Assembly: GCF_001447785.1 (NCBI RefSeq)
Contig: NW_015173748.1
Coordinates: 139,309 to 203,308, forward strand
Length of the DNA: 64,000 nt
DNA from: Gekko japonicus
Taxonomy: Eukaryota
Direction of reading: 5' to 3'
Numbering within the stretch: position 1 is the stretch's first letter; each line of letters begins with the position of its first letter. Of the stretch, positions 11,938 to 22,900 are shown piece by piece. The notes under the pieces are model-generated. The model was not told the DNA's origin. It made no database searches and saw only the letters and a list, made by a program, of their open reading frames with translations. The translations under genes and the position numbers were made by a program.

Positions 11938-13420
11938 TTATTAATGTAGATATGCTGCTAGCTTTAATTAAACACAAAATAAAACTCATGTTCCACATCT
12001 GTCAGAAATCTTGAAAATGGTGCTATCAGATGTTTAATCCCAACACTCGGGATTATGAAGATACTTGGTGGGTGGACAGTAATGAAACTAGGCCAAGTAA
12101 ATATGGTTGTGGTTGCATTAGTATGCCAAATAAACCAACCAGAAGTTGTTTGTGACAAGAACAGGCCAGTCCTCAGGCTCACATGCTCCTTTCTTTTTTC
12201 CGTTGGCCCGAATCCTCTCCTGCAGGCAACATGGCACAGCACTAAAATTGCAAACTGGGAAGCTTCCAATAGACATTGATTTGTTGTGACACATCCAAAT
12301 TGGGCAAACCACAGAGCATTTCTTGCTTGACAAAATTACCGAGTCCTGATTCGAAATCAGGTGGATTTAAGTCTTCCTTTTAAACATCAAACTTTGGTCT
12401 GTACTTTCTTTGCAAACAACAGTTCTGTTTCAATGTTCTCTTCCTTGTATCAGCAACCACTCCATGCTAGATATTACCCATTCGCTTAAACAATCTCTGC
12501 TCTATTCTGGAAGACTAGCAGTGCAATCCCAAGCAGAGCCAGTGGCGTACCAAGGGGGCGGGGGTGGTGGTCCACCCCGGGCACAGCTTGTGGAAGACTT
12601 TTGAAGGGGGCCCTCAAAGCCAGCCTCATACTGCCTCGAGCTGAAAGTTTTTTCCTTTATTTTAAAGTGCGGTTCTGGCTGCAGCCACTAGGGGCGCATG
12701 GAAGTCTGAGTATAGCAAAAAAGCATACTAGGATTGATCAGTTAGACTTCCTTTTCTCCCAGACAGAAGCAAACTTCCTTATCAACAACCGAGCCAGTAC
12801 ACTGAAAGCTGCTACAGAAATTGCCAGCCTGCAGGTTATTTTCTTTAACAATCTACGAACCTTTCTCTTTTCCTTTCCTTGCACCCAGCTCATGCGAAGC
12901 AGAAGTTAGGGTGTTACATAGGGTTACCAGATATGTTTGGTGTCCATCCTCTTTTGGGCACTTAAAAAAAAACAGATTAAATTTCCCCTTTTTGGGTTGG
13001 GAGGCTGTTTTGCCCTACAGCCCCCAGTGGAGGCAAGTCTCAGTTTAAATAGTAGTGGTATTTAAAATGAGATTTCTCATAGAGATCAGTTGTTTGAAGT
13101 AGTGAGTCGGAAACGTTATCTTTTTTGCTTTTCAAAATATAGTGACCCTACTGTTGCAGCAAAATAAAACCTTTCCCTCTTTTTAATTTCTCTCCCTCTT
13201 TTCCGTATGTTTCTCATTCATTTCTGTCTCCCCTCAACTAATTTTTCTGTGTCTCCCCCCCACCCTTTATTTTCACTTCTTGGTCTCAAGACCTTCTCAT
13301 CCCTATCATGCCTGGTGAAAGAATATATTTAAGAGTAGTATAGTAGCAAATCTTTGTTAATATTATGAACAGAAGGCACTGGGTTTGCTGGGCACTGTAT
13401 ATTGCACTGGTTCTGCTGGG

Positions 13421-14130
13421 TGTCAGCTAATGCTGCCATGGTCTGGAATGTGGGGGGTGCCCAGCTCCCTCTCCTCCTCTTCACCCTCCCTTCCCCCGCG
13501 TCTCATTTGCTGTGCTCTGTTATCTGTTTGGTGTCCTTGAAGGCTCGGCTCTGCCGGGTCCGCTTTTCCCTCTGGGAATGTAACTGCTGTATTTTGCCTG
13601 CGTTTACAGGTGCTTGCCTATTGGGTTCACTGCATCAGGGGGGCTGGTTTGAAAGGGTATAACTGTACAGGCTACCCATCCTCCCGCCATTCCTGACACA
13701 AGAGTTCATGGTGTCACAAGTACTAACCCTCAATAAACTGAAACTTCTGAAGGAATGTTGTTGAGTGTTTTGACTGGGAGGCCTGACAAAGGTGCCTTTT
13801 GAGGTATGGAAAGCTCGTAAGAACTTAAGAGGTGCTACGCACTACATGAAACCTGAACGCCAAGCAACTACGTTGGGCCGACTTCTTTTGTAAGTTCAGG
13901 TTCACTCTACACCACTTCCCGGGTAAATCGAACTCACTAGCTGACGCTTTATTGTGCCTCCCTCAACACAATAGCCAGAGGGAGGGCGTCATTGACTCTG
14001 TGTTCACTCCTGCCCAGTTGGGAGGGGCGGTTACAATGCGCAGCCAGGCATCCGCCCCAAAGGAGGAACCCATGGAAAAATGGGAAATGAAGTTCGCATC
14101 AGCGTTTTCAGAAACTGATCGGGATGTGTG
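13421..14130 (+). mobile_element. Ty3/Gypsy remnant: LTR-like segment joined to a pol RNase H fragment
   Basis: ~13790-14050 translates FEVW..KNL/EVLRTT*NLNAKQLRWADFFCKFRFTLHHFPGKSNSLADALLCLPQ, the Gypsy RNase H C-terminus. Preceded by AATAAA (13732) and ...CCTGACA (13788). Confidence 0.8.
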
Positions 14131-15245
14131 TGTGTGTGGAAGCGGGCTTCCACCCCCCCCTGCTTGGATTGACATTCTGAGCACCGCATAATGGCACTGC
14201 ATTTGCTGGGCACTGTACATTGCACTGGTTCTGATGGGCTTCCAACACACACCCCCAGACTGTGTTTGGCATCAGCTGGCATTGTCACAGTGGCACTGGG
14301 TTTGCTGGGCACTCTTATGATTGCACTGATACTGCTGGGTACCCTGTACAGTGCACTGATTCTGCTGGGCTTGCAAAAATGCCCCCCCCCCTTTCTACTG
14401 CACAGATTCTCTAGTTTGACTTTAGTCTTTTGGAAACAATGGAGGATGGGAGCACCTTCTTTGGGTCTGGTGAAGCTTGTGATCACTGTTTTGACACTTT
14501 TGTGATGCTTTGGCTAGTGTTAGTAGAAGTTAGTCCAAGGGTAGACTCCTGGTTCTCAAAAATGCCTTGTAGATATATGGGATGGTCAGCTCTTAGGCTT
14601 CAAAATGAAGAACAGAAGCCCATCCAAGTCCCTGCTCAGAACATGAGTGGTGTGATGGAATTATTATTACTATTTGCCATCAATTCACAACTGACTTATG
14701 GCAACCCTGTGGGGTTTTCAAGGCAAGAAACATTTGGCAGTGGTTTGCCATTGCCTGCCTCCACGTCAGCCCTGCTTAGCTTCTGAGATCTGACGAGATC
14801 AGGCTATCCTGGTCAGGGCTAGGCTGAGAGTAATGTGACTGGCCCAGCGTCACCCAGCAAGCTTCCATGGCACAAGTGGGGATTCGAACCTGGATTTCTC
14901 AGATCCTAGTCCAACACTTTAAGCACTACACAATGCTGGCTCTTGTGATGGAATAGCGTGTTGGAATTTGATTTGTTTTTCCTGGAATAATTATATATAT
15001 GAAGTTAAATAAATTTTTCACTGTCTGCATTTCTTTTCTGGCCATTGAAACAAACTTTGGGTTCAGTGGCACATTTAAGACCAAACTTTGTTCTGCTGCT
15101 TCAGACCAACATAGCTACCCACCTTTTTTCATATAGGAAAGGGGCCCGGACCTGGACAGCCCCAGCCTAGCCTGATTTTGTCAGATCTCAGAAGCTAAGC
15201 AGGGCCAATGCAGAGGCAGGCAATGGCGAACCATCTCCAAACATT

Positions 15246-15393
15246 TCGTTGTTCAGTCGCACAGTCGAGTCCGACTCTTCGCAACCCCATGGACCAGATC
15301 ACGCCAGGCCCTCCTGTCTTCCGCTGTCCTCTGAAGCTTCCTCATTTTCATGTCCGTTGCATCTGTGACACTGTCTAACCATCTCATCCTTTG
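15246..15393 (-). mobile_element. Short BovB 3' fragment inside a 5S-derived SINE
   Basis: Same 3' end as the 4579-5069 copy; 15-bp TSD CCATCTCCAAACATT (15231-15245, 15394-15408). Confidence 0.9.
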
Positions 15394-15539
15394 CCATCTC
15401 CAAACATTACTTGATTCCAAAAACCTACGGGTTCACCACAAATCACCTGTGACATAACAGCAAAAATATAAAAATAAAAATAGAGGAAAGGTGTTTTTCA
15501 CCCGCCTTGGGTGCCAAATAGGTTAGGTATACCACTGTA

Positions 15540-15935
15540 CAGGGCTATTTTTGGGCAGGAACGCACAGGAACGGAGTTCTGGCTGGCTCCCAAGTTGGCC
15601 ACGCCCAGCAGGAACTCATTAGCATAATAGGCCACACCCAACAGCAGAAATCCATTAGGATTGGCTTCATTAGGGGTGTGCGGCCTAACATGCAAAAGAG
15701 TTCCCGCTACAAAAAAAGCCCTGGGTTTTGACAACAAACATGGTAAACAGAATAACAAGCAAAAGGTGGGTGTGGCTGGATAACCACACTTCTGGTAACA
15801 TGGGGCTGCGTCCTAATGTGCTAATGAGCTGTGCTGGCAGGAGTGTGGCCTAATATGCTAATGAATTTCTGGTGTTGGGTGTGGCCTATTATGCTAATGA
15901 GTTCCTGCTGGGCTTTTTCTACAAAAAGAGCCCTG
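15540..15935. mobile_element. hAT-type MITE, CAGGGCT family, composite with an internal terminus at ~15724
   Basis: CAGGGCTATTTTT...AAAAAGAGCCCTG, perfect 8-bp TSD CCACTGTA; repeated ATGCTAATGA subterminal motifs. Confidence 0.8.
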
Positions 15936-16399
15936 CCACTGTACAGTTAGAGCCTTCCAAGCCCATTAATTTCAATGGACTTAGAAGCATGAGACTCTCC
16001 TTTGGATTGCACTGGAGGTATTTTTCAGCTTCTTGCATACTTCACTAATACTTGATAAACTAAGAGAAAATGGAGGATTAGGTAATATCAATATGGAAAG
16101 TATGACACCCTTGCAGGATGGACAAAGATTTACAAAAAAGATTGTGTGTGTGTGAAATATTAATAAAAACAGATTGTTAAAAGAAGATACTGGAGCCAGC
16201 ACCTAAACTAGAGCGGCAAGATAATCAACCTAAAGTGGAGAAGTGGGATAATCGACCTTCATTCACTGAAGATTTCCTAGTTTGCAGTTCTGGTGCTGTG
16301 CATGAGAGGAATTGGCAAGTATGAAAGAAGAGAGAGTACGTGTGGTCTTTAATTCATTGTTGTTACAAACAAATCAGTATTTGAAAGCGGCCTGCTTAC

Positions 16400-16513
16400 C
16401 TTCTAACTGGCGTTCCAAGTCTCTGCAGAGCTCTCTACTGAGACTGAGGAATTCTTCTTCATGCCGTACCTTTTCATCAGGAGTATAAATCTTGGCTTCT
16501 GATGGACTGAAAT
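16400..16513 (-). CDS. CEP350-like exon (exon 7 homologue)
   Basis: 114 nt, tattag|AT...GAAG|GTAAGC. DFSPSEAKIYTPDEKVRHEEEFLSLSRELCRDLERQLE vs human GFNPSETKIRTPDGKVWQEAEFQNMSRELYRDLALHFA. Confidence 0.92.
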
Positions 16514-17402
16514 CTAATAGAATAGCATAGCTATACCGAGCAAACCATTTTAAAAAGAAATCATCATGTTATGCTGGCTGAAATTAATTATATCAGGAGA
16601 AAGTACTATTTTAAGCACCTCACACATATTAGCTAGTTCATTACCACAATGATAAAGATACACAGAGATCCTAGCCTGTACTATATAAATTAAGAAGCTT
16701 TTCTATACAAAAGCAGCATTCATTATAGGGTATTCAAAAAATAAGGTACACGAGACATTACAGGAAAAACTAACCCCCCAAAGGGTCCAATGAAGCTTTA
16801 ATAGATTTTACTGATTCCCAAAGATTCCTGAATGCCAACATTGTATTTTATGTCTGTTGTGCACATGCAGAGAGCAAGTAATTTCAAATAAGTTAATATA
16901 AGAAAAAAGAAAATTTCAGGTAAAACATTATATTGCTATGACAATCACTGGCAGCTTAACAACTACAAGCAAATAAATCTAACAGAGATTGTGACACAAT
17001 CTGTAGCAACCCAAAATGGCACCTGGGATTGTGTGGCCCCCTGACATTCTGCAGGATCTTCGGGAGTCGTTTGGGGCTGCTAGAAGGCTGGAGAAAAGCA
17101 CTTAACATGAGCTTTAGGGGGAGCAGAGCAAGACGGCAGGAAGTGGAGGTCAGCACAGAATATCATTTTCCCTCCCACACAGAATCTCACAGATTCCCTG
17201 CTTGTACAGTTGAATACAAAACACGTCTATGGAAGGGAAGAAAATGCAACTAGAGCCCAGGGAACCAGAAAGCATTTTAAATGTTAAAATATTTCCATTG
17301 GTTAGAATTCTAACCACCACCACTGAAAGCAATAAATAAAGGCCACTGCATACCAATACAGATTTATCGTCTGCACAAAGACTAGAGACAGAGATTACAT
17401 AC

Positions 17403-18256
17403 CTTTATATGCAGGAGAAGGAGATGTAGCTGTCACTTTTCTGAGTTTAGGTGTTACTGTATTCTCTGTAGCTGCGACGATCACGGGATGATCAACATAG
17501 TCCTGAAACTGTTCTCTGCTATTCAGGTCTTCCTGAAACCGCCACTGTTTCCTAATCCGTCCCTTCAGTTTTTCCATTTTAGCATCATGCTGTCGATGCT
17601 TTAAGATAGCTAGCCTGTGGGTACTGGAGGTACTGGAAGAGGAAGCTGAAGATTCGGCCAACTGTGGGTCTTTCAGTTCAGCATCTGGGATTGTGATACT
17701 TAGAGACATTTTAGCATACTCATCTCTGGATCCCTCAGTCTTTTCCTCCTTTGAGCTTGTAGGTGTTACACCTTCCAAGGAAGGATCTGAGTTTCTAATC
17801 CGTCCCTTCAGTTTTTTCAGCTTTGCATCATGCTGGTGATGCTTTAAGATAGCTAGCCTGTGGATACTGGAGGTACTGGCAGAGGAAGCCGAAGATTTGG
17901 CCAACTGCGGGTCTTTCAGTTCAGCATCTGAGATTGTGATTGTGGGATTGTGAGACATTTTAGCATACTCATATCTGGGTCCCACAGTCCTTTCCTCCTT
18001 TGATCTTGTAGGTTTTACACCTTTCAAGAAAGGATCTGAGTTCTGCAAGGCATCAATTGCTGGTCGGTCATTCAAATATCGAACAACGGTTTCATCCACA
18101 GAAGACGGGCTTTTGAAATCTCTGTTCTGCAAATCTGGTTCATCTTTTTCATATGCCATATGGCTCGCTCCTTCTGCCTTATTCCTGGCTTTGTGCTTCA
18201 AACAATTTGCCTCTGACTGGCAAGAGCTTTTATAAGATGGGGACCCCTTTGTATCC
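17403..18256 (-). CDS. CEP350-like gene, large exon (homologue of human CEP350 exon 6) with internal tandem duplication
   Basis: VDETVVRYLNDRPAIDALQNS and HRLAILKHRQHDAKMEKLKGRIRKQW...DHPVIV...KLRKVTATSPSPAYK match recalled CEP350 (INDTVVRFLNDRPAIDALQNS; QRLDILKRRQHDVKLEKLKERIRKQW...DHPVMV...KVRKVATAPPAPAYK). Acceptor ctcttgctag|G, donor AAAG|GTATGT, 854 nt, phases 2 to 1. Confidence 0.92.
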
Positions 18257-19635
18257 CTAGCAAGAGAGGCATATTGCACTATAAAACAAATGCAGGAAGT
18301 TGTATGTAACTCTGATCAAACTGTATTAGTGTTACCCAAATAGGCAGTCTCGTAATTAGTTGGGGGCATTAGCTTTAAAAAGATAGAGTGAGAGGGGGCA
18401 ACTGGGATTCTCCATCTGTGTATATTGGGATTTTTGCCTTATGAGAACTCTCAAAGTGAACCAGGCAGATGTTCAACTGGAAAGGTTTTTATTAAGAACA
18501 AGAGATAGAATAAAACAAAATACACACAATAAGCGCACATACAAAAGCTAGCTAAGAGAAACACAGGGAGGAGAGGGGGAAAGTGATTTGGGGAAGCATG
18601 ATAATTACTATTTTTGTAGAGGTCCATGGAAGCAGTAAAACAACCAGCGTTTCAAGAGAGAAGAGAACCCAACAAAGTGGGGGTGTAGGTGAAGGACCCA
18701 AGGCATACACAGACAACTGCTGGGAAGCAGGGTGCTTCTGATATAGGGCAAAAGGTACCCTCAGGTGCATATGACATATTTGCCAGAAAAACAATGACTT
18801 AGTGAGTTTTACTGAGGTGGACAATGGTGTGTGTGAGGTCTGATGTGCCTACAAGTATCTGGCAGGAAAGGCTAATGGGTTAGGTGAACAGAATTAAGTG
18901 TCACTTAATTAAGGTAAATGGGTGCAGGGAAGTGAGGCTGAGTATGGATGGGATGAGTCCAAGGGTAAGTCAACAAATCATAGCTAAGGTTGCCAACAAT
19001 CTTCTAGAGAGAAAAAATATCCTGTCCCTTTAACAGAGGATTGTTGGGCAGAAATAGACAGCTGAAGCTTATTATGACATGGAGATAAAAGAACATCACC
19101 TGGTAAAATAACACCCCATTAAGCCTCTGTTAAAGGGACAGGACACATTCTCCAAACTACCAGCAAATCATTGAGAAGGGGAAATACTCTGTTTGAAAAT
19201 TCCAGCTTCTCACACACATAAATCTCCCTTGACAAGGATTCTATAAGCTGGGCAATTTCCCCATCTCCCTCTATTTTTTTCTTTAATTGACTTCCAAACT
19301 TCTGTGCCTCCCAGAATATGCTCAGTCCTCATCAAGCCAAGTTTTTTCAGAGGGGTAGGGTTAGGGTTTTTTTTGGTAAATGTATAACCTCATATGTTCT
19401 GCATACCTGGAAATCCTCTAAATTTGCTGTATGTTTGTTTCCCTGTTTCAAATTCGTATTTACCATTAAATACAGTAATATATTACAAAAGTAAACTACT
19501 CTTAACAGTTGAATGCAGTCAAGCCAAAGCTGGTCAAAACCTGGACCTGTGCAACCATTCAGAAGCTTCCATAACAAGCCAGATAGACATTATACTTCTA
19601 TTTTGATATCATAATTCGACTTTTCAAATGTTTAC

Positions 19636-19789
19636 CATACAGACCTAAAAGAAGCAGAGGCCTCACTACATTCAAAATTACTTTTCTTTTTCATGCTGTT
19701 ATCCAAAGCCGTAGCAGGAACAGGGCAGTGAGGGGACCGCTCCATCTTTTGGCTGGAAGACCTGCAGGCTGAAGCAAAAAACCAAGAAT
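19636..19789 (-). CDS. CEP350-like exon (exon 5 homologue)
   Basis: DSWFFASACRSSSQKMERSPHCPVPATALDNSMKKKSNFECSEASASFR vs human DSWVNAPISKSTKSRKEKSRSPLRATTLESNVKKNNRVEFREPLVSYR. Acceptor cctag|AT (phase 1). Two phase-2 donors, after 19645 (AG|GTCTGT) or after 19636 (TG|GTAAAC), both compatible with the next exon. Confidence 0.75.
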
Positions 19790-19905
19790 CTAGGTAAATC
19801 AAATTTATTATTATGGTTTGTGACCAGCACAAGAAGAATCTAGGTATCCACAATGCTCTTGGGATTCTATTAGCACTTAAGCACAGTAAATAAATCATTA
19901 CTCAC

Positions 19906-19927
19906 CATATTTGGAAGCAGCCTCAAG
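19906..19927 (-). CDS. Putative 22-nt micro-exon of the CEP350-like gene (LEAASKY)
   Basis: Branch-like TTCTAAT, acceptor ttcctgaaag|, strong donor ATG|GTGAGT. Phases 0 to 1 fit the next exon; (K)LEAA resembles KLEVA of CEP350 exon 4. Confidence 0.45.
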
Positions 19928-22900
19928 CTTTCAGGAATAAGCAATTAGAAGACTGTTTTCTAAATAAAATTTGTTACATTTGTTTTAAATAAAATTCATA
20001 AAAATAAGTATGACAATTAGTGCAAGTTGTTGCGTTAGGCTATTCTGAATTAAAGATCCACATTTTTGTCAGTATTTTGGAACTCTGGAAGAGCAGTTAT
20101 TTAATTTAAAAAAACCCAACCTCCATTAAAAAATTCCAAATCTCTACAAGAACCAACCTAAAAGCTTGACAGAAGCAATACATTTTCATTGCCCTCCTAA
20201 AAAGCCATAAGTGAAGGTGCCAGCCATGCTGTATAATGGAAGACATAGTTGTGGTGCTGCCACACAAAAGGCCCCATCAAATTGTGAAACCTGCAGAGAA
20301 GAGGCATACAAAGAGTTGATCTCACAAGATAACTTCAATATTAGGTAGGCTGACACACGCTGTGTGAGACCCTGGCCTGGCTAAAGATTGAAAGTGAGCT
20401 CATAGGCCACAGATTTCCTAACGGGGTTGACAAGAGAACTTCCTTGTCCTGCAGGAGGCTTAGGCGTTCACAGTAGGCAAGCAACCACTTTTCTGTGGTA
20501 ATGCCAGCTGTCTTGCACCAAACTAAGCCGATTATTAGGCCTACCCTCCCCAGGACACTCTGGCTGCACTGCTAATCTGACGCCAAAATTAGGTGTTGTT
20601 ATGTCTTGGGACTGCTTCAGAGCTTGACCATTAAGAAATACATTTACAGAATTGGTTTCAGACCTGTAAGTAAAAACATACCAACACAAAGGGTAGTCTC
20701 CCATGTCAAGTCCCGAACCATAAGGGGCAATCCTGTCCTTATATATAAACGTGTTTTTGCATGGCGACATTCTATGCTTGCCAAAATCAGTTGGCGGCCT
20801 GAACTGCCCATCAGAAGGTGTGCCTGAGTCCCGCCAACAGAGCCAGCTCCTGCCAAAATTCCAATCTGAACAGTTTACCACAGCAGCTGAGCAGCCATTT
20901 GCCTGACCAGCCTTCTTTAGCCGTCAGGAGAAGATCAGTGGAGGAGCAGCCGTGGCTGTTTGCCTGCCGACCATTCTTCAGCCCTCGGGAGAGTCTTGCA
21001 GCAGGTAGGGCCCATCTCCCCACCCAGCTGGATTCTGGCGAGCCGGCAGGGCCTGCTGGGGGGGGAGCAGCCGGCCTACCTGTTTCCCTGAAACCATCCA
21101 GCCCTAAACTATCTTGCTGGAAAACATTCCTAAGCCACACTTCTCTACCATAAATGACAACTTTCAAAACTATAGACATTTCACAACACTCATTTCCGAA
21201 GACTCCTTCTTCTCATTCTCACGTAACCTACTGAGACTTTCATCATGACCACTCACTTTCAACCCACCTTCCCTTGAGACCTCTGCTCTAACAGAGTGGA
21301 CAGTGCGACCACAACCACATTGAATGACACGGACATCCAACATAAATTGACTTCACAGACTGCCCAGTTGTTGACACTACTCCACAGACCCCTGTGTGCA
21401 ACATTTTCTGGGCCACATTGTGTGACCTTGGACACCGGCTGTTGTGTAACATAAGGTATGTCAGACTTTACTTCCACATTTGTATATTTCACTTACAGAC
21501 TGCTAATATTTACTTTACCACCTTCCAGCCTATGCATTTGTTACACATCACATCTTTCTAGAGCTCGTTATATTGCTTGCACGAGCTGTACTGCTAGTTA
21601 TTTTATAACACAATTTTGCCGTGTAGTAGGATGAAAGGCTACGTCAAGGGATGTTAAGGTTGGAGACAATTTCTGTTTTACTTCTGGTTATCAATGAACC
21701 TTCATATGATGAGTTTACCCATGTAGCAAATGGGAAAAGAACTCCCTGTTCTGAGTGGGTGGGCATGTGGCTGCATCACTTTAGTTTCCTTGTGACACTA
21801 TTTTTTTGCATTAGCTAGATGAAAAAATACTTATCCCACCCAGGTGTTGCAAAATGAATCCATAACACTAACTACAGCAACTACATAAATGATATCATTT
21901 TTTCTAATGGGTTTATTTGGCTTGCACACCATGCAGTTCTTCAAGTTTGCATTGTAGGTTGCTTCACTTAACCTTTGAGAACAGCTACAAAACCAGGACT
22001 ACTAGGGTTAGGAGGCACATACAGCCACCCACCAAATATTTCATGTGCCTGATGGTAGACAGCTTCCACCACTGCCAGCTGATCAGCAGTGCTGTAGGGG
22101 ACTCGAGGATGCCAAATAGATACATATACAAATGTCACAGGACTTTCTCCTTTCTCTTCGGTGGATATCAATGAGTTGTGCAATGATCCTTCTAGAAGCC
22201 AGCCCAGGTCTTAGCATGTCACAGACTGTATCACTGCTCCAGCTGCAGTGACTCCTCTACCACACAGGAGAGGTTACTAGCACTTAAACCCTGCCCTCTA
22301 GCCCTCTGGTTCAGAAGTTCTTTTACAATGTGAAGGATGTGCCCAAGATTGGTGTCCTGAAAACTTGACAGCTGTGTGCATGTTGGGAAGAACTTGAAAG
22401 GGTCCTCTCCACCAAGTTTATAGCGATGTTTCCCATCGGATGACTCCAATGCATACCCAGTCTTATCTCCTGAGTTGTGGAAAAGTGTTTGTGTGGTTTG
22501 GAGTCCCACCCTGGCATGTGACTGGTCCAATGAGGTCAACTGTTTTGGCATGCAGGGTTCTCCAGTATTTGGGCCACAGCAAAATTTCTTAACACTGCTG
22601 TCCTGAGGAGTCAAAAGCTTCTTCAGGTGAATTTCTCTCAGTCATTATCTCAGCTAATAGGCATCGGACCTTTGTTCTTTTTTATTTCATTTTATTTATT
22701 AAATTTTTATCCCGCTCTCCCTGCCATGGGTATTATTATTAAGGGTAACAAGCTGGGAGCAGCTGTTGGACAAGAGCTATTTGAAGGAAAGTCATATTTT
22801 TCTGCATAACTGGTATCCCTCACCTCCTACACCACTCTTGCCTTTCTGTATTGGTGCCCCTTCCCCTCACAGGGGGCACAGAGGCTACCCACTTTTCTAA

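Noticed and set aside
18257-18279. GTG start of the 294-aa ORF and the upstream acceptor ttttatag|TG
   Set aside because: The ORF is an internal exon; the acceptor giving exon start 18256 has the correct phase and matches the CEP350 boundary.
9308-19789. Calling the gene CCDC187 or bona fide CEP350
   Set aside because: Motifs and exon sizes fit CEP350 better than its paralogue CCDC187, but orthology cannot be shown from this window, so no symbol is given.
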